Below are positions 16,199-29,633 of a stretch of DNA of 64,000 nt, piece by piece. Source of the stretch: the human T2T-CHM13v2.0 reference genome, Homo sapiens. Positions within the stretch are counted from its first letter, which is position 1, and each line of letters begins with the position of its first letter. Under the pieces are notes generated by a model that was not told the origin of the DNA, did not search any database, and worked only from the letters and a program-made list of their open reading frames with translations. Both the position numbers and the translations under genes were made by a program. The stretch lies in NCBI RefSeq assembly GCF_009914755.1, contig NC_060938.1; one strand, written 5' to 3'.

Positions 16199-18596
16199 CA
16201 GGCATAATCCTCATTTTATTGTGCTTTACCTTACTGTGCTTGGCAGGTATTATGTTTTTTACAAATTGAAGGTTTGTGGCAACTCAGTGTCGAACAAGTC
16301 TATCGGTGTCATATTTCTAACAGCATGTGATCATTTGATGTCTCATTTTGGTAATTCTCACAGTATTTCTAATTTTTTCATTATTATTATATCTGTTATG
16401 GAAATCTGTGATCAGTAATCTTTCATGTTATTGTTGTAATTGTTTGGGGCCACTACAAACCACACCCATATAAGATGGCAAACTTAATCAATAAATATTG
16501 TGTGTGTTTTAACTACTCCACTGATCTATCATTCCCCAACTCCCTCTTCCTCTCCTGGGGCCTTCCTGTTTTCTGAGACACAATAATATCGAAATTAGGC
16601 CAACCAGCAACCTTAAAATGGCTTCCAAGTGTTCAAGCAAAAGGAAGAGTCACAAATCTCTCATTTCAAGTCAAAAGGTAGACATAATTAAGCTTAGTGA
16701 GGAAGCCATGTCAAAAGCTAAAATAGGCTAAAAGCTAGGCCTCTTGCACCAAACAGCTAGCCAAGTTGTGAATGCACAGTAAAAGTTCTTAAAGGAAGTT
16801 ACAAGTGCTACTCCAGCGAACACATGAATGACAAGAAAATGAAACAGACCTACTGCTGATAAGGAGAAAGTTTTAGTGGCCTGGATAGAAGATCAAACCA
16901 GACACAACATTCCCTTACGCCAAAGCCAAATCCAGAGCAAGGCCCTAACTATCTCCAATTCTGTAAAGGCTAAGAGAGGGGAGGAAGCTGCAGAAGAAAA
17001 GTTTGAAGCTAGCAGAGATTGGTTTATAAAGTTTAGGAAAAGGAACCATCTCCACAACATAAAAATGCAAGCTGAAACACAAGTACTGATGTAGAAGCTG
17101 CAGCAAGTTATCCAGAAGATCTGCTAAAATAACTGATGAAGGTGACTAGACCAGACAACAGATTTTTAATGCAGATGAAACAGCCTTCTATTAAAAGAAG
17201 ATGCCATCTGGGACTTTCATAGATAGAGAGAAGTCAAAAACTGGCTTCAAAACTTTAAAGGATAGGCTAACTTGTTAGGGCCTAATGCAGCTGGTGACTT
17301 TAAGTTGAAGCCAGTACTCCTTGATTATTCCCAAAGTCCTAGAATCTTAAGAATTATGCTAAATCTACTCTGCCTTTGCTCTATAAATGGAAGGACAAAG
17401 CCTGGATGACAGTGCATCTGTTTATAGCATGCTTTACTGAATATTTTAAGCCTACTGTTGAGACCAACTGCTCAGAAAAAAAGATTCATTTGAAAATATG
17501 ACTGCTCATTGACAATGCATCTGGTCACCCAAGAGCTCTAATGAAGATCTACAAGACGAATGCTGTTTTCATGCCGGCTAACACAACATCCATTCTGCAG
17601 CCCATGGATCAAGGAGCAATTTTGACTTTCAAGTCTTATTATTCAAGAAATATACTGGTAAGGCTATAGCTGTCATAGATACTGATCCATCTAAAGGATC
17701 TAGAGAAAGTAAATGGGAAATCTTCTGGAGAACATTCAGAATTCTAGATGCCATTCAGAACACTTGTGATTCATGTGAGATGTGAGAAAGCCAAAATATT
17801 ACTATTAACAGGAGTTTGGAAGAAGTTGATTCCAACCCTCATGGATGACTTTGAGAGCTACAGACTTCAGTGGAGGAAGTAACTGCAGATGTAGAAACGG
17901 CAAGACAATTAGAATTAGAAGTGGAGCCTGAAAATGTGGATGACTTGCTGCAATCGCACTATAAAACCAACAGGTGAGAAGTTGCTACTTACGGATGAGC
18001 AAAGAAAGTGGTTTCTTGAGACAGAATCTACTCTTAGTGAAGATGCCATGAACATTGTTGAAATGACAACAAAGTACTTATACTAGTTCATAAACTCAGT
18101 TGATCAGACAGAGTGGCAAGGGTTTCAGAGGACTGACTCCAATTTTGAAAGAAGTTCTACTGTGACTAAAATGCTATCAGTCAGCATCACATGCTATAGG
18201 AGAAATATTTTATGAAAGGAAGAGTCAATTGATGCAGTAAATTTCATTGTCATCTTAGTTTAAGAAATTGCCCCCTCTATTCCACCCTTCAGCAACCACC
18301 AATCTGATCAGTCTGTATCTGTCAACATCAAGGCAGGACTGTCCACCAGCAAAAAGATTACAACTTGCTGAAGGCTCAGATGATCATTAGCATATTTTAA
18401 CAATAAAATATTTTTAAATTAAGGTATATGCATTGTTTTTCTAGACATAATGTTATTGCACACATAATAGACTAAGTATAATGTGAACATAACTTTTATG
18501 TTCCCTGGGAAACCAAAAAATTGGTGACTCTATTACAACATTGGCTCTATTATGGTGGTCTGGTACCAAACCAACAAAATCTCTGAGATATGTCAG
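16199..18596 (+). mobile_element. Near full-length Tigger1 DNA transposon with decayed pogo-like transposase
   Basis: Termini CAGGCATA... and ...GAGATATGTCAG, both flanked by TA; 2398 bp. Transposase remnant starts ATG 16618 (MASKCSS...) and includes ORF 16876-17094 (WIEDQTRHNIPL...KFEASRDWF). Many stops and frameshifts. Confidence 0.93.
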
Positions 18597-20193
18597 TACA
18601 ATATTATTAGCTATAGTCTTCATCTATACATTAGATCTCTAAAAATATTCATCCTACATGTGTGCTATTTTCTATCCTTTGACCTACATGTACTCATTTC
18701 CTCCCACCCTACTCCACATCCCCACCACTGTTTTATTCTCTATCTTTGTATATTTGACTTTTTAAAAAGATTCTACATATAAGTGAGATCATGCAATATA
18801 TTATTTATGTGTCTGGTTTATTTCACTTAGCATAATGTCTTTAAGGTTCATCCATGCTGTGGCAAATGGCAGGCTGTCTTTCTTTTTTAAGGTTGAATAA
18901 TATTCCATTGCATATACATACTACATTTTCTTTATCAATTCATCCATCAATGGATACTTAGGTCGTTTCCATATCTTGCCTATTGTGAACAATACTGCAA
19001 TAAACATGGGGGTGCAGATATCTCTAGGAGGTGATAAATTCATCACCTTTGGGTATTTACCCAGTAGAGGGATATTGAGTCACACAGTAGTACTATTGTT
19101 AATTTTTTAATAAACCTCCATATTGTTTTCCATAATGGCTGCTCCAAACTACACTCCCACCAACGGTATTCCAGGATTCTCTTTTCTCCACACCCTCATC
19201 AACATTTATTATATCTAGTCTTTTTGATAATAGTCTTCCTAACAGGTGTGAGGTGATATCTCATAATGACTTTAATTTGCACTCCCCTGATGATTAGTGA
19301 TTTGAGCACCTTTTCATACACCTGATGGTTATTTTTATGTTTTATTTGGAGAAATTTCTGCTCAGGTTTCTTGCTCACTTTTTAATAGGGTTATTTATTT
19401 TCTGCTATTGAGTTGTAAGAGTTCTTACATATATGTGGTTTGCAAATATATTTCCCAGTCTACAGGCTGCCTTTTCATTTTGTTGATTGTTTCCCTTGCT
19501 GTACAGAAACGTTTTAGTGTGATGTAACCCTATTTATTTATTTTTGCTTTTATGGCTCAAGCTTTTGGTGTTATATCCAAAAAGTCATTGCCAAGGCCAA
19601 TATCAAGGTGTTTTTTCCTGTATGTTCTCATCAACGTGTTTTATGGTTTCAGGTCTCACAGGCATTTTATCCATTTTGAGTTGACTTTTTTTTTTTGTAT
19701 GGGTGGAAAATAAGGTCCTAATTTTATCCTTTTGCATGTGGAAATCAGTTTTCTCAGCACCATATATTGAAAAACTATTAATTTCCCATTGTGGCCTTTG
19801 GCACCCTTGTTGAAAATTAGTTGACCGTATATGTTTGGATTTATTTCTGGGCTCTCTGTTCTGTTCTACTGCTCCGTGTTTCTTTTTTATGCCAGTACCA
19901 TACCGTTTTAATTACTAGACATTTGTAATATAATTTTAAATCAGGAAGTGTGATGCCTCCAACTTTGTTCTTTCTCAGTATTGCTTTTTGTCTATTTGGG
20001 TTTTTTCTACAGCTTCATAAAAATTTGAGGATTGTGTTCTCTATTTCTTTAAAAATGTCACTGGAATTTTGATAGCAATTGCTTTGACTATGTATATTGC
20101 TTTGGCTAGTATGTACATTTTAACAATATTAATTCTTATAACCCATGAACATAGGACATATTTCCATTTATTTGTGTCTTCTTCAATTCTTTC

Positions 20194-20264
20194 CTTCTTT
20201 TTTTTTTTTTCACTGTTCCTTGTGGAGCAGGGCTAACTTATTGGTGGTATACCCAGAGTCAGCC
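20194..20264 (-). mobile_element. Short (~54 nt plus poly(A)) retroposed insert with TSD, possibly LTR40-like R-region RNA
   Basis: Interrupts contiguous L1 sequence; poly(T) 20198-20210; flanking repeats AATTCTTTC (20185-20193) and AATTTCTTTC (20265-20274). Confidence 0.75.
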
Positions 20265-20720
20265 AATTTCTTTCATCAGTGCTTTATAGTTTTCTGTGTA
20301 CAGATATTTTACCTTTTTGGTTAAATTCATTACTATGTATTTTTTGTAACAATTGTAAGTGAGATTTTTTTCTTGATTTCTTTTTCAGCTAAGTCATTAT
20401 TTGCATATAGAAATGCTGCTAATTTTTGTATGTTGATTTTGCAACCTGCAACTTTATTAAATTTATTTATTAGTTCTAATGAGGTTTTTGTAGAATCTTT
20501 GGCTTTTTCTACATATAGAATCATGTCATCTACAAACAGAGATAATTTTACTTTTTTCTTTCTGTTTTAAATGCCTTTCATTTATTTTTCTTGTCTGATT
20601 GCCTTTGCTAGTAATTCCAGCGCTATATTGAATAGAAGTGGTAACAGCAGGCATCCCTGCCTTGTGCTGGATCTTAGTGGAGAAGTCTTTAGTTGTTCCC
20701 CATTGATCATGGTGTCATCA

Positions 20721-21525
20721 TTACTAGACCATCATATAGGAAATGCTTAATGGAGTTCTTCAACTGGAAATGAAAGGATAATAACTACCAAAATGAAAAT
20801 ATATGAAAGTATAAAACTCACTGGTGGAAGTAAATACACAGTCAAAAGCAGAATATTCCATTACTATAGTAGCAGTATGTAAATCTTCCAAATCTCTAGT
20901 ATGAAGGTTAAAAGTCAAAATGGTCAAAAATAACCATAGCTACAGTAAGTAACTTACAGTAAGTAAGTCACAAGAAGGAAAAAAAAGGACCTACAAAATA
21001 ACCAAGCAACAATGACAAAAGGGCAAGAATAAGTCTTTACCTATCAATACCCTTAAACGTAAATGGATTAAATTATCCAATCAAAAGACAGGGTGGCTGA
21101 ATGGATATTAAAAAAGAAACAAGATCTAACTATATTCTACCTATAAGAACTATTTTAGATTTAAGGACACACATGGGCTGAAAGTTAAAGAATGGAAGAT
21201 ATTCCATGCAAACAGTAGCCAAAAGAGAGCAGGAGTGGCTATATTTACATCAGATAAAATAGATTTCAAGTCAAAAACTGTCACAAGAGACAAATAAGCT
21301 CATTATTTAATGTTAAAGGCATCAATTTATCAAGTATATAACAACTGTAAATATATATGTACCCAACATTGGAGCATCAAAATATATAAAGCAAGTGTTA
21401 ATGGACTTGATGGAAAAAATGCATAGAGATGCAATAACAGCACAGGACTTCAATAACCCACTTTCAACAATGGATAGATCAACCAGACAAGAAATTAATA
21501 AAGAAATACTCGACTTGAACTGTAT
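20721..21525 (+). mobile_element. L1 fragment (ORF1 end and ORF2 endonuclease), inverted relative to the adjacent L1
   Basis: AAATGGATTAAATTATCCAATCAAAAGACA..GTGGCTGAATGGAT and GATATTCCATGCAAAC..AAAAGAGAGCAGGAGTGGCTATA are L1 endonuclease-region motifs. Confidence 0.8.
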
Positions 21526-22384
21526 TCATTTTTATTTATTAGTTGGCCCTTCACTATAAGTTATCATTGCAATTGGCTCATAAACTTCATTATAATTACA
21601 TAGGCCCAAAAATATTCATTTAGAGATGAATAAGACTATATGATTTTTAATTACATTATTTTAAATGGACTTCAACTATGTACAAACTGCAAGGGTCATA
21701 AAGTAATATTTTAAAAAGGAAGAACAGAAAGAACAAAATGAGTATTAAAATTAAGAAATTACATAGTTTTATTAGAATAAAATCTTTTAAAACATTTAGA
21801 AATGATGTCTGCCAGTCTTCAATGATTGATGTCCAAAGTCATTATGTTAAAAATTATCATAAATACAAGCTTGAAGACATTTTCAGAGAAGCAAATAATA
21901 ATTCTTATCTATTAAAAAAATAAGTGATTTAGCTCGTAGATTTTTTTTACACACATAAAGAATGAGCCAAATAGCTCTTATTAAGCAGAAGTAAAGAGAA
22001 GGTATCCTGACATCAGTAAGAAGCTACCTTTAAGGAGGTAGAAGAAATGATAATAAACATGCTGATTATCCTGAGTTTGGCACTATTAGTGTTAAGAACA
22101 AATTGATTGCATATAAAAATCCAAATATATGCCTAAATCAAGAAAGAGAATGGCATATTATAAAAAAGAAATCCATGCAAAAGACTAATTTGGAAATCAA
22201 TTACATCTTGAAACTCTCCTGTTTTCTTTTTCTAAGAAAACATTTAGAGTTGAAGCCTACGATATCGTTCATATTATAACTAAGTCTTACAACTTTTGCA
22301 ACTGTGAAGTGTGAGAAATAATGGCTGTCTTTTCTACCTCATTCAATTAACGAATCTGACATCCTGACTCAACCCTAACTCTAA

Positions 22385-23090
22385 CCTATGATGCAATAAT
22401 CTGACTTCTGAGTATGTATCCAAAAGTATTGAAATCAAAATCTCAAAGAGATATCTGTACTCTCATGCCCATTGTAGCTTTATTCAAAATAGGTAGACAT
22501 GGAAACAACCCCAGTATTTATCAGCAGATGAATTGATAAAGAAAACGTGGCGTATGCATACAATGGAATATTATTCAGCCTTTGAAAAGAAGAAAATTCT
22601 GTCATTTGCAATAATATAGGTGAACCTGGAGAGCACTATGCCAAACAAAATAAGTCAGTTGCAGAAGTACAAATATTTCATGATTCCACTCATATGAAGT
22701 GTCTATAATAGTTACATTCATAGAAGCAGAGAATATAATAGTGGCTGTCAGGGCTTGGAAGATGGGGGAAGGGATAGTTTTTGTTCAATGGGTATACAGT
22801 TTCAGTTATGCTAGATGAATTAAGTTTTAGATATCTGCTGTACACATAGAGCCTATACTTCACAACACAGTACTGTGAACTTCAAAATTTGTTAAGAGGG
22901 TATATCTCATATTAAGTGTTCTTACCATGAAAAAAGGACAGAAGAAAGCTATGGGAGTTTTAGGATGTGTCTATTACCTTGATTATGGTAATGGTATTAA
23001 GAGTGTTTGCATATACACAGACTCATCACATTGTGTGCATTCAATATGTGTAGATATTTGTGTATCAATTATACCTCAATAAAGGTGTGT
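22385..23090 (+). mobile_element. L1MA/MB-type 3' end fragment
   Basis: TGGAAACAACC..GATGAATTGATAAAGAAAACGTGG..CAATGGAATATTATTCAGCC ... CAATTATACCTCAATAAAG. Confidence 0.8.
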
Positions 23091-24921
23091 TGCTGTGATA
23101 GAAATGTGTATGAGTATGGGCAGTGATCACAGAAGCGTATAGAGAAACAAAAAGCAATCACAAGGACAAAGGAGTGAGATTCAAAGCACAGGTTTTCTTT
23201 TTTTCTTTCTTGTATTATTGTTACTTGTCTTCTGTTTTTCCTTTACCTTATGCTATATTATTTATTTATAAAATAAAATGCTACCACTTAAAAAATTTTT
23301 CTAAGTTTTTTGAACTTTTGTTCAAAAGTTGAAACATTTGCTTTATGCTGTGAGGGGATAGGCAGATTCAGGAAATAGAAATCTGGCTCTCAAGAAGTCT
23401 TTAATTTTGTGAGTAAGAGAGACAGACCAAAAAAATTACAAAATAGAAGAAAATGAAGTAAGTGTATACAGATCAGGATAAGCAGAGCACAGAAGAAAAA
23501 TATTGTTTTTAATTTAAAGAAATTAGGAAAGACCTCACAAAGAAAGAAAGCTTCATTTCCACTTTAACATTTACCAACTAAGTAGACTCTGAACTCTTCC
23601 ATAACCCAGATGAAAGAGGAGAGTGGAATGTAACATCCCTATCTTGTGTTCTAAGAACTCATGACATTCACACTCTGGGCTCAGTTCTCCTCAGTCCTAA
23701 ACACCTTCCTCATGGTAAACCAGTCACTTGGAGAAGGACAGTATTTATAGATACTTAGTAGCTGATTTAGCCAATTCATACTTAACTAAGTACCTTAGGT
23801 AATATTTGGTGAAGGGTTTTTGTAACGTATACTGTTATGGTGCCTAATTCTTGGCAGTGGTGTTAGAGAAATCTTTTTTAAAAAATAAAAATAAATAAAT
23901 TGGTAAAGGTAATATAGGTACTCTTATTTTCCATTAAGATTAAACCAAACAGTTGTACTATAATTTCAAAATTCTATTTCAAAATTCCTGTTAACCAGAG
24001 CATCATTTTTTTTTTTTGTAATTTGATGGGTAAAAGCATGCACATAATGTCAGACAGGTCTGAATTAAAATCCTGTACCCACCAATTACTTACTAGCTGT
24101 GACCCAGGGAGAACCACTTGATATTACAGAGTTTCAGTTTCTTCCTCTGTAAGATGACTACAATAATTACTTTCTTCACAGGGTTATTAAACGACTTGGT
24201 ATAATAATGTATACAAAATAATGAGCACTCCATTAATAATTATTGGTATTTTAATCAGACTTCCAAAGACGCCCAAGTGTATTTTTCAAAAATACACTTT
24301 AAAAGTTTGTTAAGGAATATTAAAATCAAAAGGTATCTGTTGGCTTTACATTTTACTTAAGTGGGTGGGGGCTCATTTGCTAATGGAAAATATGATTTTC
24401 CTTTCTTTAAATCCCTTTTAATTCTTAAATGTTTATGTATTAATGAAATTAATTCAGATTTATTGAATCATTCATTCTAGTTGATGACAAAAGCAATGTC
24501 ACTTTAGGAATTAAAGCTAAATTTCCTTCAATGAATGTAATTTAAAGTTTTCTTATTATGGTCAACAAGCAGGTATAAGTTAGTTCCTTTCCTGGCACTG
24601 GGGATCCGTGATGGAGAACAAGAAAGGAGCAACTTATCAGAGAGCCGTGTGTGGTCTGAGATACTTAACACAGTTTCCCCCTCAATTATCTTTGTTCAAA
24701 TTGCCTAGTTAACAGTAGGAAAATGTTTCTTCTGCCTATAACAGATCTAAACTAAAGTTACGGGCTTTTGAGAAATGCATTTTACTATAAACCTCTATCA
24801 ACAAAGGAGGAACAGAGGGCATAGAGGAAATTGGCAAGTGAGTCAACAGAACACAACATATTTTTCTGGGTACCCAGAACTGAAACAATTATGAAAACAG
24901 TTTGTTGGCAAAATATAGCAG

Positions 24922-25263
24922 AGTTGGCCCTCCACACCTGTGGGTTTCTCATCAATGGATTCAATGAACCACAAATAGAAAATATTTGGGGTAAAAAATG
25001 GATGGCTGCGTCTGTACTAAATGTGTACAGATATTTTTTCTTGTCATTATTCCCTAACCAATAAAACAACTATGTACATAGCATTCACATTGTGTTGGGA
25101 ATTATAAGTAACCTAGAGATGATTTTAAATACACAGGATGATGTGCATAGGTTGTATGCAAATACTACACCATTTTACGTAAGGGACTTCAGCATCCTCA
25201 GAGTAGGGTCTCTGTGAGGGTGTTCTGAAACCAATCCCTTGTGGATACCAAGTAACAGCTGTA
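24922..25263. mobile_element. Tigger3a/MER2-type non-autonomous DNA transposon
   Basis: AGTTGGCCCTCC..TGTGGGTT...GGATTCAA ... CCTTGTGGATACCAAG..CAGCTGTA; about 340 bp. Confidence 0.7.
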
Positions 25264-25849
25264 CTAGCTAATCTGTCTCACTCACAATAGCCTTTACTGA
25301 GAACCTATTGAAGAGATCCTATCATAGATGACAGAGAGACAAAAAGGAACAAGAAATTTCAAGTGGTCACTGTGCAGTGGGAGGATAAACAGGGGAAGGA
25401 TAAAAATAGGAGGTACTAAGAACCCTGTATAGGCATCCAAGTGGAAGCACAGAACAGAGGCATCTAATCCAGACTAGGGCAATAAGGGAAAAATAAAATA
25501 GAACAAGGAAGCAAGAGACAAATCACTAAAAAGGAGAGAAAAAGTATTCTAAATAAAGGAGCAGTATATGCAACAACCTGCCAGGAAGAGGGAACTTTGT
25601 TAAACTCAGGAAACTTCCTGCAATTCAGTACGGTGAGAATAGGGTAGGGATAGACAATGACACAAATCAGGCCAGAAAGAAGAGCAAAAGCCAGACCCAA
25701 ATGGCCCCATAAGCCATGCTCGTAGTTACATTTTATCCTCAAGATACTGGAAATACTAATGAGGAGATTGACACAATTATACCTTAGGAAGATTATTGTG
25801 GTGGCAGCGAAACATTGAAATGGAGGTTGAAGCTCATGATAGATTTATT

Positions 25850-26186
25850 AACTCCTGACCTCAAGTGATTTGCCCACCTCGGCCTCCCAAAGTGCTAGGA
25901 TTACAGGCATGAGCCACCATGCTGGGCCTACAGTGGATTTTAAATAACTGATTCTACTTAAAATAGAATCTTAATTCAAGTGCTAAAGACTCTCTTTCGT
26001 ATTAAGTTGATTTAATTATGTTATTCCTGTCCTCATTTATGCTCTTTTTCCCAACCCCATAACAATTTCAATCCCTCCTTCCAAACCATACATAAACAAG
26101 CATAGCTCTCTTGAGAATTTGAAGTTACAATTGAAAGACTTAGATAGAGATTGTCTTAGTTTAATAACTCTAACCCTATGATTCTA
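25850..26186 (+). repeat. Dispersed direct duplication of 27555-27890 (Alu left-arm fragment plus unique flank)
   Basis: Manual alignment gives about 94% identity over about 337 bp; flanked by the 13-bp direct repeat ATGATAGATTTAT. Confidence 0.93.
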
Positions 26187-26239
26187 TGATAGATTTATGA
26201 GCAGGTAAGTCTAATGACTAAGATGGTAGTCATGGCCCA

Positions 26240-26690
26240 TGTGAACCTGGAAAATCTGAGACAGGTCTTGGTTAATTTAGAAAGTTTATTTTGCCAAGGT
26301 TGAGGATGCACCCGTGACACATCCTCAGGAAGTCCTGACGACATGTGCCCAACATGATCGGGACACAGCTTGGTTTTATACATTTTAAGGTGATATGAGA
26401 CATCAATCAATATATGTAAGAAGTACATTGGTTCCAGTCTGGAAAGGTGGGACAACTTGAAGCAAAGGCAGGAAGACTGGAAGCAGAGAGGGAGCTTTCA
26501 GGTCACAGATAGGTGATACACAAATGGTTGCATTCTTTTGAGTTTCTGATTAGCCTTTCCAAAGGAGGCAAATCAGATATGCATCTATCTTAGTAACTTT
26601 GAATAGAATGGGAGGCAGATTTGCCCTAAGCAGTTTCCAACATGAATTTTCCTTAGTGATCTTGGGGGCCCAAGATGTTTTCCTTTCACA
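26240..26690 (-). mobile_element. MER4A-type ERV1 solo LTR
   Basis: TG...CA termini; reverse complement begins TGTGAAAGGAAAACATCTTGGGCCCCCAAGATCACTAAG; perfect 4-bp TSD CCCA. Confidence 0.88.
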
Positions 26691-27182
26691 CCCAGGACCA
26701 AAATTTTAAGAACACTGACTGTGGTAAGGGATATTAAGAATAGGATTAAAAGATATCAAGGGGATAGGATAAATTAGTTTTGAAGGATGATGGAGGGAGG
26801 GTTTGAAGTTTAATCTAAACTACCAAGATTGTTAAAACTCCTATTTTATTCCAAAACCTGCAGGCTGAGGAACTCTAAAAGTGTATATTTTGAACCATAG
26901 ATAAACAATGTTATAATTGCTGCTTAAAATGTTTAAAACAAGACAAGTATGCATGTTTTTAAAAGCAAACAACTGATTTGCCCTTTATAAAAATATCTGA
27001 ATTAAGTAATTTCATCATCATGATCTATAGAACAAATCTACATGTTTCACAGTTCCGCATCTACAACACAGAAGTATGGGTGCAAAAGAAAATGATTTTC
27101 TGGAACTTGGGAAAAACCCTTTTAAGGATTTAAACTGTGAAGCATTTGACTTCTAACAGCAAGTGCACAGGAAGAAATATAA

Positions 27183-27633
<451 letters not shown>

Positions 27634-28889
27634 TACAATGGATTTTAAATAACTGATTCTACTTAAAATAGAATCTTAATTCGAGTGCTAAAGACTCTCT
27701 TTCGTATTAAGTTGATTTAATTATGTTATTCCTGGCCTCGTTTATGCTTTTTCCCAATTCCATAACAATTTTCAACCCCTCCATCCAAACCATACATAAA
27801 CAAACATAGCTCTCTTGAGAATTTGAAGTTACAACTAAAAGACTTAGATAGAGATTGTCTTAGTTTAATAATTCTAACCCTATGATTCTAATAATCAATG
27901 AACACAAAGACAAAATGAAAATACAACAAAACAAATGTCTTAGGAGCACGGTCTATTGTTAGCAGGGAAATGTCATTTTTATAACCTCAGAAAGGCACAA
28001 TATACTTGTCAAGACATTGAGAAGTAACCTGGCTATTTCAGCCATACCAACAAATCTGTTCACATTAAGTAATTATAGGATAGGAACTAAAAAGGAATAA
28101 GACATTAAAGAATATAAAATATTATGTATGCATCACGAACTTAATTTGGAATTCTTTGTGTTTTATAAAAAGTGGGAAGGTCAGAAAAAGGTGGAGGTGT
28201 AGGAACTGAAAGAACTTTGAAAGAACTTCAAATTGAAAAGAGACATGAACTGCAATTATATTTCATATGCCCTATTTAGAAAAACATCTTGAAGCCATCC
28301 TCCAGTGTTAAAGGAGGTTATTTGTTGACTAAATTTTTTATCTTTCCATTAATTAGTTATGCTTCAGAACTTATTCATTAAACTCCTTAGCACTTTTGAC
28401 ACACTAAAGAATTACGTGCCTATCGAGAGACTGTTTAGTGGCAAGAATCCAAAAACATGAAACTGCACCTGTTTTTGGATTCAGAGATTCTAATTAATTT
28501 TAAAATAACCTCCCTTCTCTACCTTTTAACTGGCAAATGTATCAGTGTAAGAGATAGCAAGGCCTTCTTGTTTCTCCTATCAGACTAATTTAGGCAAGTT
28601 CCCATTTTTGTGAGGTGTCCTCAGATGTGAGGGATGTAGGGATTTTGTTCCTCTCTGACCCTTGCAAGATTAAAAGCAAAGAGCATTAAACATGATGGCT
28701 TTTGGCATATTTAAATGCCAAAGGCCACAGTTGACAACTAAGACATAACAATCATAAATAATCTGTACACCAAATAACACAGCAGTAAATGTTATATAGC
28801 ATAAACCACAAGAGATGCAAGGAGACATAGATAAAACGCATGAATGATAAGATATGTTAACCCACCACTCTCAGTACCAGGGCAAATCA

Positions 28890-29252
<363 letters not shown>

Positions 29253-29304
29253 TTAATAAAGCAGAACTTAAAAATATACATATATATCTTTTCTATGTAT
29301 ATAC

Positions 29305-29307
<3 letters not shown>

Positions 29308-29367
<60 letters not shown>
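29308..29367. repeat. (TA)n(CA)n compound microsatellite
   Basis: Directly visible. Confidence 0.95.
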
Positions 29368-29512
29368 TATCAGGGTGTGAAGGGATTATATATTTAATAT
29401 TTTATATATTTAATATATTATATATTTAATATTTAATATATAATTAAATATTAAATAATATATTATATATATTTAATATTTAATATATATATAATCCCTT
29501 CACACCCTGATA
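29368..29512. repeat. Inverted repeat: perfect 26-bp arms around a 93-bp pure A/T spacer
   Basis: TATCAGGGTGTGAAGGGATTATATAT (29368-29393) is the reverse complement of 29487-29512. Confidence 0.95.
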
Positions 29513-29568
29513 ATTTTTGTAACTTTTCATTAAGCATGCAATTATTTCAAAATTAAACTATCAAAAAT

Positions 29569-29633
29569 GAGAAGAAGAAGAGGAGGAGGAAGAAAAGGAG
29601 GAGGAGGAGGAGAAGAAGAGGAAGAAGAGGAGA
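29569..29633. repeat. GA-rich (GAA/GGA) low-complexity tract
   Basis: Directly visible polypurine run. Confidence 0.85.

Larger units (their letters stand above)
16003..20720 (-). mobile_element. L1MA-type LINE-1 3' portion (ORF2 RT to 3'UTR), interrupted by Tigger1 and a 54-nt retroposed insert
   Basis: ORF 20333-20524 ([34 protein letters not shown]) is L1 ORF2 RT; the L1 3' sequence resumes on both sides of Tigger1. Confidence 0.85.

Noticed and set aside
16618-18200. Tigger1 transposase as a domesticated or active gene
   Set aside because: Multiple stops and frameshifts; the longest listed ORF is 72 aa.
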